A stretch of DNA of 60,651 nt, counting the filler, from Globobulimina sp. (Eukaryota): the NCBI GenBank assembly GCA_003354225.1. It is 13 parts of 13 records of this genome, joined end to end, with 100 filler letters (N's around TTAATTAATTAA, not from the genome) between each part and the next. Parts side by side here need not be neighbours in the genome. Positions count along the whole stretch, not along the records: positions 32,730 to 37,301 come from PIVH01001106.1; positions 37,402 to 41,973 come from PIVH01001107.1; positions 42,074 to 46,645 come from PIVH01001108.1; 10 more parts are not named here. One strand, written 5' to 3'. A program made the position numbers and the translations under genes. The notes beneath the pieces were generated by a model that saw only the letters and a program-made list of their open reading frames with translations, searched no databases and had not been told where the DNA came from. This document shows, piece by piece, positions 35,706 through 46,745 of the stretch. Position 1 is the first letter of the stretch; each line of letters begins with the position of its first letter.

Positions 35706-35932
35706 ATCGAATAACGGACTTCCAAACTTTCTCTTCCTTACTAAAGTTTTTTAGCAATAAAAATGTGAGTTTTACGCCCCCTTAGTAAAGGACGAAGGAT
35801 GGCACCTTCAGTTTCGACGCAAAGTATATTGTCTTAATGCCTGTATAGACACTTATTGTTTCACAAATTAATCACATAAACATTTATATTTGCATATATA
35901 ACATATCATTGTACGTATTCTTTATTATAAAA

Positions 35933-37301
35933 TCACCATTGATGAATATTTGGGAATTTAAATGGTGAAGAGAATGATTGCAAATTCCAATTATTTTTAT
36001 TGCATACTTTCATAGCTAATTTACTAAACTCATTCATATCAAATCTAGAGGCCAGATCTGGCAATTTATTTAATTTTGTATTGACATAATTAATATAAAC
36101 TTGCATATCATTATTAATGCACCACATACATATCCATCGTAAACATGATTGTAAAAACTCATCACTTGCATTCTTTTCAAGCAATACTGACTCAACGTGG
36201 CGATTATCAGTTTTTAATAACAATTTGGTATTTGGATGAAATAAATGTTTGAATGTACTCAAACCAACGACAATTGCAATCATTTCAAAGTGCGCGATTG
36301 CAAATTCCTTTTCATATTCCTCTCTGTACGAAATAAACACATTTGTATACTGCTTCGGTACTGGACTCGAAATCCAGTGTCCTTTATAAAATATACCTAT
36401 TGCTGGACACCAACCTGTTAAACGCGACCCATTCGTCGCACCATCAAAGTGAATTATATCTGTTGGCATTTCTGTATCTGCCAAATCAATGATTGATGCC
36501 ACTGCTACAATATCAATATACTGACCCCACCACCAAAAGTCTTTCAATTCCCATGGAAATAACTCAATTACCACATTTTTTCTGCCATACTTCTCAATGC
36601 ATTCATACAATCTCACTCTCAGACGTCTCAAGAACGCTTTTCCGGGCCATTTCAGATTGGCCACATCCTGCAATTTGCCAATCAAAGATTCATATTCATC
36701 CAACATAATAACTTCATGCAACAGAGCACCATATAATAACTGTTTGATTTTATTCAGTTTCACGTCCGATATTGCAATGGTCATATTGTACGAATCAATG
36801 ATAAAACCAATTATTTCCAACATCGTCAATGGACCTCTTCGTTTCTTTGGTAATTCATCTAATCCTAAGATTTGCAAATATTTACAGAAATTGCTAAATA
36901 TATCCTTAGCAACGCATAAAATTGGTGGCAAAAATAGTATATAATCATCAATATAATTGTTCAATATTAATTTTAAAATATGTTTTGAATTTAATTTTAA
37001 AACTATTAATTTTGCGAAGAATCCCGCATTTTTCAACATATTAAATTCAATAAATGATATTTCCATATTCATCATATCTGTATTAGCTGACATTAATTTT
37101 AATCCATTATAGAAATGTTTCAAAACTATCTTTTTTACGCTCATCAAATCATTCTCATCGCACCATCTCTCCACCAAATCATCATTCCATTTATATACTA
37201 ATTTCTGTTCATAAATATATTGAAAATCCATTATATTTTCATTATTTAATTCATTAATAAATCTCTTATAAAAATAAACAACATTATTTTTTTCTAATAT
37301 C
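35933..37301 (-). CDS. Reverse transcriptase (C-terminal part) plus RNase H, 5'-incomplete
   Basis: YIDD at 36944-36955, LG...KK and IIGFIIDS RT motifs, SLIGKL. RNase H D-E-D-D residues in HFDGA, HFEMIAI, KTDN and NKLPDLASR. Frame is open to the contig edge. Confidence 0.92.
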
Positions 37302-37401
37302 NNNNNNNNNNNNNNNNNNNNNNNNNNNNNNNNNNNNNNNNNNNNTTAATTAATTAANNNNNNNNNNNNNNNNNNNNNNNNNNNNNNNNNNNNNNNNNNN
37401 N

Positions 37402-37736
37402 TACCAAATATTTAATCCATTGCAGTCACTCCACTCTCCGCCATCAGATTTCGTTGTTCCTAATATATAAAATTGGATTGCTACCGAAACGTCAGTGACC
37501 TGATCAAAAATATGCGCAATGATTGGAATATAACATTTTCTTCGTTTCCATGCATCAAATAGCCAAATTGTAATTTTTTTCTTTTTTGATGCTTTACTAA
37601 ATTTGATACTATATTTCATTAAGAAATTAAATGAATATACACTCACAATAAGTAAGAATAAGGCATATAGCGCACCATATATTATTGTGACATTTCGGGA
37701 CAAAGGAGACGGAGTAGCACAATCACTAGTTGCCAT
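37402..37736 (-). CDS. N-terminus of a multi-pass membrane protein of unknown function, 3'-incomplete
   Basis: ATG at 37736 (MATSDC), hydrophobic segments, HIFDQVTDVSV. Confidence 0.65.
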
Positions 37737-37939
37737 GCAATATTTTTGCTTTTTCGAACTTCTCAGTAACTTCTGTGAAAACCTTAATTTCAAAAAAAGT
37801 AAAGTATAATTTTCGAACTGGTTGTGAGTAAAAGACCGCGCGACAGTGTACAAAGTTAAAAATAAATATCAAACAGAAATTAAAAATAAAAAAATAAAAT
37901 TAAAGTACTTCACTCTTAACTCCAGAAATCACATAAAGA

Positions 37940-39103
37940 ATGGCAGAAGAAAAACAGATTCAGATCGCATCAGATAATTTCAACTCGTGGGTTACTTGTC
38001 ATAGAGATAGTGTGCTGATCAACAAAGTGAATAATAAGCAAAAAAAGACCACGAACAAGAAACATATGAAGAGGCAACCAATTAATAGAAGGCACAAAAA
38101 GTATAAAAAAAAGAATTATAAGAAAGCAAAGAAGCAAAAAAGAAAGAAACAAAATTCAAAAGCTCAAACGAGTCGAAAAACATCATTTCGTGATGACTAT
38201 GCTGTGGATGCCATCGAAATTATTAGTTCGCCAATGAACACGGAACATCCATCCATTGCTGCCTCCGTTTATAATGCATTACGAACAATATTGAATCAAA
38301 AGAATGTCCATAAAATAATTTATACCGTATTGGATTTTTTAACCTCAAAACATTCTCAGCAGGAATTGCAATCATTTTTATTAACCAGTTTCGATGAGCA
38401 ATCAAATGAGCTTCCATTTGGTCGGTCTTTCAATTCATTGGTGCCGTTGGGTGGTTGTAAACTGATGGCCTCTGTCATTGGTTGCTTGTGTTCTCCATTC
38501 AATGCGGAGAGAAAACAGTTTCATCGATTATTCAACAGTCAAATGCAACTTTCTTTTTTTGATCCTGGCCGAAGCAATGCAAAAGAAAATTTATTGTTGA
38601 TTGAATATGAAAAAGCAGTGAAACAGCTGCAGTGTAAGGATTCATTAGAGAGTGCAGCTGCGATTGGTTTAAGTGTGTCGTTAACTGATTTATATGCAAA
38701 AAAACATCCATTGCAGGCTGGCTCTAACCATGATGGTCATTTTGCACATTGTTTTAATATTGTCATTGCAAATTGTAATGAAGCTGCGGATGAGAAACAG
38801 AGTGCTGGTGTTGAAATGTGGGTATTTTCAAGTTTCAAAAGTTATAACATTAAGGAATGGATGAATGATCATTATGAAAGTGTTCCTAATCCGAAACAGT
38901 TTATTCAAACATTTAATAAAATTGAAAATTCAAACATTTGGAACAAAGAGGCTGATGATGCATGGTTCAAGTTATTTGGAGTGCGTTTACCGCGTCTTGT
39001 TGAACGGAAATGGCCCGTTCGAACTTATGTTAGAATCGTTGCGGATACATTCACTAAAAAAGATTTGGAATTTTCTTCAAAATTGTTTTTATCTGATATG
39101 TGA
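37940..39103 (+). CDS. Hypothetical 387-aa protein with basic N-terminus and possible papain-like Cys-His dyad
   Basis: Complete ATG-TGA ORF. Motifs GGCKLMASVI and FAHCFNIVI. Confidence 0.75.
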   Translation: MAEEKQIQIASDNFNSWVTCHRDSVLINKVNNKQKKTTNKKHMKRQPINRRHKKYKKKNYKKAKKQKRKKQNSKAQTSRKTSFRDDYAVDAIEIISSPMNTEHPSIAASVYNALRTILNQKNVHKIIYTVLDFLTSKHSQQELQSFLLTSFDEQSNELPFGRSFNSLVPLGGCKLMASVIGCLCSPFNAERKQFHRLFNSQMQLSFFDPGRSNAKENLLLIEYEKAVKQLQCKDSLESAAAIGLSVSLTDLYAKKHPLQAGSNHDGHFAHCFNIVIANCNEAADEKQSAGVEMWVFSSFKSYNIKEWMNDHYESVPNPKQFIQTFNKIENSNIWNKEADDAWFKLFGVRLPRLVERKWPVRTYVRIVADTFTKKDLEFSSKLFLSDM

Positions 39104-39452
39104 AAAGATATCTTGCAATATTTAAAAATTGACTTTTCATTTTATATTCACTGATTTAATACAGTCACTTGGTGTGTTCCAAAAAAAAATATCAAAAAAA
39201 AAATATATTTTTTATTTTTGGCAAATATATACGTACAAACTTATCGGAATTTGTGAATTAAAGGAAGCAAGACCAGAATAATTATTTTTGCAGCCTCAAA
39301 GATAAAATCACGAAAAGATTTGTGATAGTATTGATTATGAAATAAAGCCCAGAGTATATAATATTAAATACAAAAAACAAACAAAAAAAAACCCAGAAAC
39401 ACGAAACAAAAACATATGTTTTTTAAATTACTTTTAAAATAGCTTATGGTTG

Positions 39453-41973
39453 TTATGGATCTAATAATTTACCATCGTCATCAAACATAATCAATGATTC
39501 ATCCAAATAATGATTTCCTTTTGTTTTACATTGGATTGTTTCATTTGCTGTAAATTGGAATCCTACTTCTTTTTCAATCATATCTTCAACAATCTCATTT
39601 AAAATATGTGGTATATCAATATCTTGATCCTGTGCATTTTCTTCTTCATAATCTTCCTCATTTTCTTCTGCAACAATATCATCAGCAGCATCAGCAATAT
39701 AATTCATAATAACGTCACTGTCATCATTACCAACAGTTTCTTGTAACGTTAAATCTGTTGTTTTAATTCCTTTCGGTGTTTGGGATTTTTCATTGATAGA
39801 ACAGAAGGAATCTGTATCAAATGTAGATGCTAAATGTGGTGAATTGACACATGAATCTTTTGATGCACGCAAACAAAAACAATACATTGGATCCATTCCA
39901 TTCTCTTCAAAATATTGAAATCGGTAAACTAATAAACAAGATTCACAAAATAAGCATAACCAATATAATATAACACATAATATTAAACTCAATATACTGA
40001 ACACAACCCATTTATGTGAATCACTATAAACACCATTCAAATCATTTGAAATTAATACCTTCCATTCATCATATTGTTTATTGTTATGTACAGATTGAGA
40101 ATAATTTAAGTTACATGTTTCTGGCAAGACATGCTCTGCTTTGGATGCTGCCAACTCAGTAAATGTTGAATCTCGTTCATAATACACTGAATCATTAAAT
40201 CTTTGACTTTGTATTACCAATAAAATTGAAAATACAATAATTGTGACACATAAATAACATATCAATACAGGTTTTAACGCATAAGGAATAAAATAATGTG
40301 AACGCATAGCACTTTGTCTTTCTTTGAAATCACTATATATTTCCGATGACTGTAGATATTGTAATGAAATATCACATTCTCCATCCAATAAATCATCACT
40401 ATGGCCACCATCGAAAACTAAACAATCGCGACTATGCTCATTATTACCACTTGAATCCGATTCATCATATTCAATATCTCTATCATTTATATTCACTTTT
40501 AATGCTTTCCCATCATAATTAATCATTGGTTTTGGTGCATTCATATTGGATTTTGTTGGTTCTATTTGTTGAGCATCACTTAACTCACTCGAACCATCAT
40601 CGCTTTTATACATATCCATATCTTCATGATCATATAACTTTGATTTCTCTTTTTTTTTGTCTTTGGGATCAAAAAATATTTTCTTTAAATAACGATAACT
40701 GTTCCGACTTGTGTCTGTTACTGATTGTGCGGATTCTATTAAATTATTATTTTTTTTAATTTATTTACGCTAAAATACAAAATTAAATATTAACTTCTGG
40801 GAGAAATTAATGTGGTTAATCCGTCAGCAACAATTCTAAAAAACGGTTTTTTGATTTTTTCTTTTGTGATATCTGACTGTTTTGATCCATTGTATCTTAA
40901 TTCTTCATCTTGTGAATGTTGTAAAATCTCTTCAATATCATAAAATTCTTTAGTTGATAGGTCATATTCATCATCAACCATAACATCTGAATATTTTTCA
41001 ATTTCACATAAATATCCGTTATAATCATCGATATCTTTTCTTTTGTTTGAATTGCTAAAAATACCACAAATATCTAATTTAGATATCACTGTTTCATTTT
41101 TATTTGTCTGTAAATTATAAACGTTTGGTCGGAACAATCGATCAAATTCAGTTAATGCTCTGATAATTTATAAATTATACAATTTTTATTACGAACAAAT
41201 CAAAAGAAAATAGAAACACTAAACAGATTTGTCAACTCCATTTCTAATTTTCTAGGTTTAAATCGTTGAAAACAATGTTTGTGAGCCACATAGAAGCAAA
41301 GTGATATTAAAATAAGCATAAATAATGTAAATATTGGCGCAACACAATCCGAATCATATTGATCACTCCCAAATGAACATAATGAATTACTAAATGTATT
41401 AATAATATAACAAGTTGAAAATGTTATTGCTAATAACAACCATAATAAATTTAATATTCTTTGCATTGTATAATAATTTGATCCTTTATTTCTTTTAAAA
41501 AACGGCAAAACAAACTCATCATTTTGCATAAAATGTAGCCATAATTTCTTCAATTTTGAAATATTTTCATATTTTAATATACGATGAGTTTCACCTTCTT
41601 TTGTTAATAACCATGCTTTGAAACGGAATCGCCTTTTTATTTTATTTTATTGTTTCACATTAATTTATAAACAAAAAGTAACATAATTAACTGTGGCATA
41701 TAAACTTCTTTCCCAATCAATGGTTCATCATCAACTTTATTCCATTTTCCATTAAAAATACAAATTAGACAAACAAAAGAGACGCATAATGTAATAAGCC
41801 ATGCCAAAGTAAAATAATTCACATAAAATCCGAATGTTTCTATTTTTGTTGGTTGAGCTGAATAGGCTCCAAATGCAGTACATCCACATTTTACTGTACT
41901 TTCATCATACTCAATTACAAAACATTTATAACTTATTAATGTATCATTTGATTTATAATTACATTCAGGAACA
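39453..41973 (-). CDS. Polycystin-1/REJ-like multi-TM protein, C-terminal part with GPS-like motif, multi-exon, 5'-incomplete
   Basis: Contig-edge translation PECNY...CFVIEYDESTVKCGCTAFGAYS followed by a TM helix. FFKRNKGSNYYTMQRILNLL resembles the PKD1-family FT..QR motif. Further TM-containing exons run to the stop at 39453. Confidence 0.6.
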
Positions 41974-42251
41974 NNNNNNNNNNNNNNNNNNNNNNNNNNN
42001 NNNNNNNNNNNNNNNNNTTAATTAATTAANNNNNNNNNNNNNNNNNNNNNNNNNNNNNNNNNNNNNNNNNNNNGTTTCTATCTGACAGTATATCGTTGTC
42101 ATACGACGGTGTATTGTTTCTATTTGTCCATATTATATTTGCAAATTAATGGTATTTGCAGTACGCATATTATTATTCTATGTACAATTTCGTTTTTCGT
42201 GATACAAAAACAGAGTTCCCAATTTAAGGTTTGCGGGATGACTCCGAAATT

Positions 42252-43565
42252 TTATGTCATATTTGCCTCTAATTCATATTTCTGTGTTAAACTCTCCATT
42301 TTCAACTTATGTAAACGTTCCAACTGCTGTGCCATTTTTGTAACCTCATTTGTGATTTGCACATCTTTTAATTTATTCCGTTCCGCGTCCAATGCTTTGA
42401 TCCGTTGTTCAATCTCCATTTGTTGTTTTAAATTATGTTGTTCATTTTCAATTTTTACTCTCATATCTTCTAAACTTTGTAATTCGGCATTCAATTCATT
42501 TTGTAATTTTGGTTCTGGATTCAATTTGTTGGCTGTATCATTATCATTATTATCATTATTATTGTTGGCATCAGCAGTTTGTACAATTTGTGTTGTGACT
42601 GTTGTTGGCTTTGTTGATGATTGAATTGTTGGCTTTGTTGCTGACGATTTAATGGGTTTCTGTACATGTTTGAATGATTTACGTTTTGCTCGTTTTACGT
42701 TCATTGATTTTATGCCAGATGTTTTTCTCCAAATTCTCTCAAATTTTTTCAATATTTTGTGTGCATTTTTTTTTGCTTCTGATCCTTTTGCATTTTTACA
42801 AACCTCTCGCAAAATGGCATTCCAAACCATATTCGATGCCTTGGTTCTTTAAGGCTGCCACTAAACCATCACTAAAACATTTCTTTTTCTGTAAGAATGG
42901 CGTAATTGCAATATTTGGATCAATTTTTTCAACCACATTAAACTTTTCGTCTGGTTCATCTTTGGTGTCATCATTATTTAATTCATCCTGAAATTCTTTT
43001 GCTTTTATAAATATACCGCAATTAGCATTACATTGAAAATATTGCCTATTTTTCAATGAACCATTGTTTTTGCCTTTGGCTTCAACTAATTCAACACCAT
43101 AAAAAATGCCAGCTTTGCCACTCACGTTTCCAATAAATTTAATAAAGCCAAAACAGTCATATTTGTCAAAATATTTGCTGTTGTTTGGCAGTGTAATATA
43201 TGTACAAAATTCTGAGGCAATCAGAAAGTGACAAACCTGTCATTTATTGTAATTCGATGCATATTGGACGCTACTTTTACCAATTTCGAGATAGCGTTCT
43301 TTTCGACAAACAACCCTCTTTTCTCATTATTGGTTATATTAAAATATTTTATTCCTTTAAATCTGCCATTATTGCTTCCTTTGCCAGATTCTAATTCAAC
43401 ACCATACATTATCTCACTTTTATCTTTTACATCTCCAATGAATTTTACCTTTGCTTTTCGTTTACTTTTTTTTAATTCAACCTGATTTAAGTGTAAATAA
43501 TATGTTCTTTAAAAATTAAACTGTCATAAACACTCAACAATGTCTCCAAGTACAAAACGATCCAT
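42252..43565 (-). CDS. Double CAP-Gly domain plus coiled-coil protein, with an internal frameshift (possible pseudogene)
   Basis: KFIG...YGVELESGKGSNNG...YF and YGVELVEAKGKNNGSLKNRQYFQC. Introns at 43482-43538 and about 43178-43236. A frame change near 42830 has no intron to explain it. Confidence 0.8.
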
Positions 43566-43635
43566 GTTATGTTTTTGAGTTTTCTTAAAGAGGCTGTATT
43601 TTTTTTACAATTTAGTGAAGTGTAATTCGTTTTAA

Positions 43636-45615
43636 ATGAACAACAAATCCATAACATTATGGCTAATCACGATTATTGGCATTATACAATTAATTGTGGT
43701 GTTACTATTTTGGTTTAAGCATCTCCGCAATCATAGAAAACAAACAATATATCGTATAAGACATCCAATCTTTTGGATCGTTTCTTTATGCATAGCAGCA
43801 TTATGTGTATCCATCAGATCTTTGACGGTGCATATATTTATTCACAATTATTTATCTTTAAAATTATTCATGGAATTACAAGTATTTATATTGGTACTGA
43901 TGAGCTTCAGTTTTCCTTTTGGACGAATATTTTTTTTGTGGTACGCTTTAAAACTTCAACGTTATGAACAAGACACATTAATTAAAAAACTTATCAATCA
44001 AAAAGTAGACAGTATACCTTTTATATACCATCATTCAGATTTCTTTCAGCCAAAGAAAATATTTGTCATATTTGAATCCATTTTATTAATGGTATGGTCA
44101 ATAAGTATTATTTTAGCAGCCACAAATACGAGTATATTATACACAGAACTTTTTATACGATTTACATTAGCGGTCGTCGTCTTATCTATTTTGTTCATGA
44201 TAAGGTTTGTCATATTTTAATATGACAGCGTATCCACTACGCACTGAGTGTGCAAATCTGTAGTCTGTACATATGCAGCCACTACGTACAGATTCGCATG
44301 TTCCCGGTACGTACATATTGCAGCTAACAAAAACAATTAATCCGCAATGTACTGGGTACTCTGTCATGATATAGCTCTCTATGGTGCTGTACCAAAATGG
44401 GAACTCATCACAAAACTGATATGAATGACTCGATAACATTTCGCGATGATTTTAAGTTTAGGTTGGAAATGACAGTAATGATAATTATATTGGTTGTTGG
44501 AGCTGCTTCAATGGCAGTGTTGGGAAATATGTTTACTAGAACCAACAATCGTGAATCAGCGTCGATATTATTAATAATTTCCGTAGTAATTACGTGCATT
44601 GTACAGGGTTTGAGTATTACGGCCCAGATAGTTATACCATATATAACTTTATTACGAAATATTTCTAATTTCAGTGATAAAAATAAAAAAAGTGAATATC
44701 ATGTTGTATCTTTATTGGATATCTTACGACACAAATATGGATTTTTTTTATTTATGGATCAGCTGTGTCAAGAGATAAGTTTTGAAAATTTATCATTTTT
44801 AATTGACGTTCATCAATTTAAAAATATAACACATGAAAATTTTGCTGCGTATCAAAAAGGAAAGAAATTAAAAAAATATTTTAAGAGAAAGAAATTAAAA
44901 AAGAATAAGAGTGTTGATGCTGGTCCAACAGATATAAAATTACAACCAACAAAAAGTGCAACACAGACAGCTACTCATTCCACTCCAGATATCGATTGCG
45001 AAGAGGAAAAAATACATATTCATACGTTTTCGAGGTAACAATATCTAAAAAAGGAAACATGCAAATAAACATTCTTAATTTCTTAAATTATGTGCATTAA
45101 TTTATATTTTATTGTTTTTGTTTAGCTCAAATACATTTGATTTATCACGTTCATCTACGTCGGATGCGATGTTTGATGAATATTCGAGTCGAATTCGAAA
45201 ATGTAATGCAGACAATGAGTATTATGTTTATATTTTATGTAAAATGCCATGGAATGGTCTGCCATTAACCAATTCAATATATTGTAATGCAACAAATCAC
45301 TTATTTGAGAAACTAAGGCAAGCAGAAAATATATATAATAAATATGTTTATAGCAATGCATATGATCGAGTTAATTGTTCATCGCATACTTTTTCAATGA
45401 TTGAGGCTCAATTAAATAAATTGAAAGCATGGATACCACAAAGCAACCAAATGGAATTAGATTGTATCGATGATATTAAATCAGAGGAACAATGGAATGA
45501 ATCATTATTGAAACTTTTTGATGTTTCTTTAGCAGAAATATTTGAAAATTTGGAAGATAGTATGACGCGATTTAGATATACTAAAGAATTTTTGTTGTTG
45601 ACTCAATCTAACTGA
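43636..45615 (+). CDS. 7TM-RGS protein (multi-TM region fused to an RGS domain), 3 exons
   Basis: About seven hydrophobic segments. RGS motifs FMDQLCQEISFENLSFLIDVHQFK, IYNKYV...VNCS and LFD...EIFENLEDSMTRF. Introns at 44205-44374 and 45035-45125. Confidence 0.85.
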
Positions 45616-45786
45616 TCAGGAGTCTTTGTTGGATATGCGAGTACTGTGTAATCTGTTTATTGCTAGTGTCTGTCCATTGTTTTTGTTTGTTTGTGCCAGA
45701 AATATTGTTTTAACCTATAATATTAAGTATGTTTTTGTGTTTGAAACATTTTGAACTGAATTCATCAACATACTAAATTCAACAAA

Positions 45787-46497
45787 ATGGCACAACCGGC
45801 AACAAAACCAGAAGCACCAAAATCTGATGAAGCAGAACCCACAAAAAAAGCAGAACAACCCGAAATGGATGATATTAAACAAGAACAAGAAGCGGCACCG
45901 CCAAAATCTCAAAAAGAAGAAGCCCCAAAAAAATCTGAAAAAGCAGAAATTGCTGCAAAAAAAGACGATGATAACAAACCAAATGACGCCAAACCCGAAG
46001 AAAAAATTGATGATGATGCAAAAGGTGCAAATGACGGAAAAGCAGCGGATTTTAGTGGAACATGGGTATTAAAAACGAGCAGTAAATCAATTGGTGAATA
46101 TTATAAATCTGAAGGATGGGGATATGTGACGCGTAAAATGGCACCGATGGTGCCAATCAAACAAATTATTGTACATAGCGGTGATGGGAATACATTAACA
46201 GTAAATATGATTGTTGGGCCAGGTGGAAAGTTTGCAAATGCAACCAATGTATTTCCCGTTGGTAATGGAGAAGAAGCTGAGCATAAAGATAAAGACGGGC
46301 CATTGAGAAGTGTATCGCGATGGAATGAGGATAGGACACAAATATTATCAGATGTTTATCGCGCGGATAATAAAAAAAGAACGTATAAAACAGTGAGAGC
46401 ATTATCTGTAATGAGTGATAACAAAATGATTATTACCACCACTAATCATCTTGGAAAGGAATTGGTGCAAAATTATGAAAAAGTTGAAGCAAAATGA
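45787..46497 (+). CDS. FABP/lipocalin-like (calycin) protein with disordered N-terminal extension
   Basis: DFSGTWVLKTSS...EYYKSEGWGYVTRKMA matches the FABP N-terminal signature. Ends in VQNYEK. Confidence 0.75.
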   Translation: MAQPATKPEAPKSDEAEPTKKAEQPEMDDIKQEQEAAPPKSQKEEAPKKSEKAEIAAKKDDDNKPNDAKPEEKIDDDAKGANDGKAADFSGTWVLKTSSKSIGEYYKSEGWGYVTRKMAPMVPIKQIIVHSGDGNTLTVNMIVGPGGKFANATNVFPVGNGEEAEHKDKDGPLRSVSRWNEDRTQILSDVYRADNKKRTYKTVRALSVMSDNKMIITTTNHLGKELVQNYEKVEAK

Positions 46498-46745
46498 ATG
46501 ATTTTAGTAATGATATTTTTTAATTCTAACATTTTTAGCAGAGTCAAGCACAAATTTCAGTCTTTGTGTGATATTTTTAATAGGAAATCGTGTAATTAAT
46601 TAAAAAACTCATGCTCTGTCAATTAATTGTGCATTGAAATTACGANNNNNNNNNNNNNNNNNNNNNNNNNNNNNNNNNNNNNNNNNNNNTTAATTAATTA
46701 ANNNNNNNNNNNNNNNNNNNNNNNNNNNNNNNNNNNNNNNNNNNN

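Larger units (their letters stand above)
32730..37301 (-). mobile_element. Tyrosine-recombinase retrotransposon (DIRS order, Ngaro-like), partial
   Basis: Co-oriented intronless RT/RNase H ORF and tyrosine recombinase ORF, followed by a third intronless ORF. Element termini were not identified. Confidence 0.88.

Noticed and set aside
35744-35756. -1 frameshift heptamer A_AAA_AAC upstream of YR
   Set aside because: The -1 frame hits TAG immediately and is not the YR frame, and upstream frames are closed.
35740-35830. Hammerhead ribozyme (GAAAC-stem III-GUC on the minus strand)
   Set aside because: No CUGANGA core in either permutation nearby. Kept only as an unexplained structured island.
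34404-37301. Prokaryotic RT system (retron, DGR, group II intron) next to a phage integrase
   Set aside because: RT is fused to a DIRS-type RNase H and the YR has the DIRS-type GRW...Y pattern. No template/variable repeat pair was seen.
44195-44371. 8-bp target-site duplication TCATGATA around the structured intron
   Set aside because: Removing the insert plus one copy would create an in-frame TAG, and the enclosed ends are not inverted repeats.
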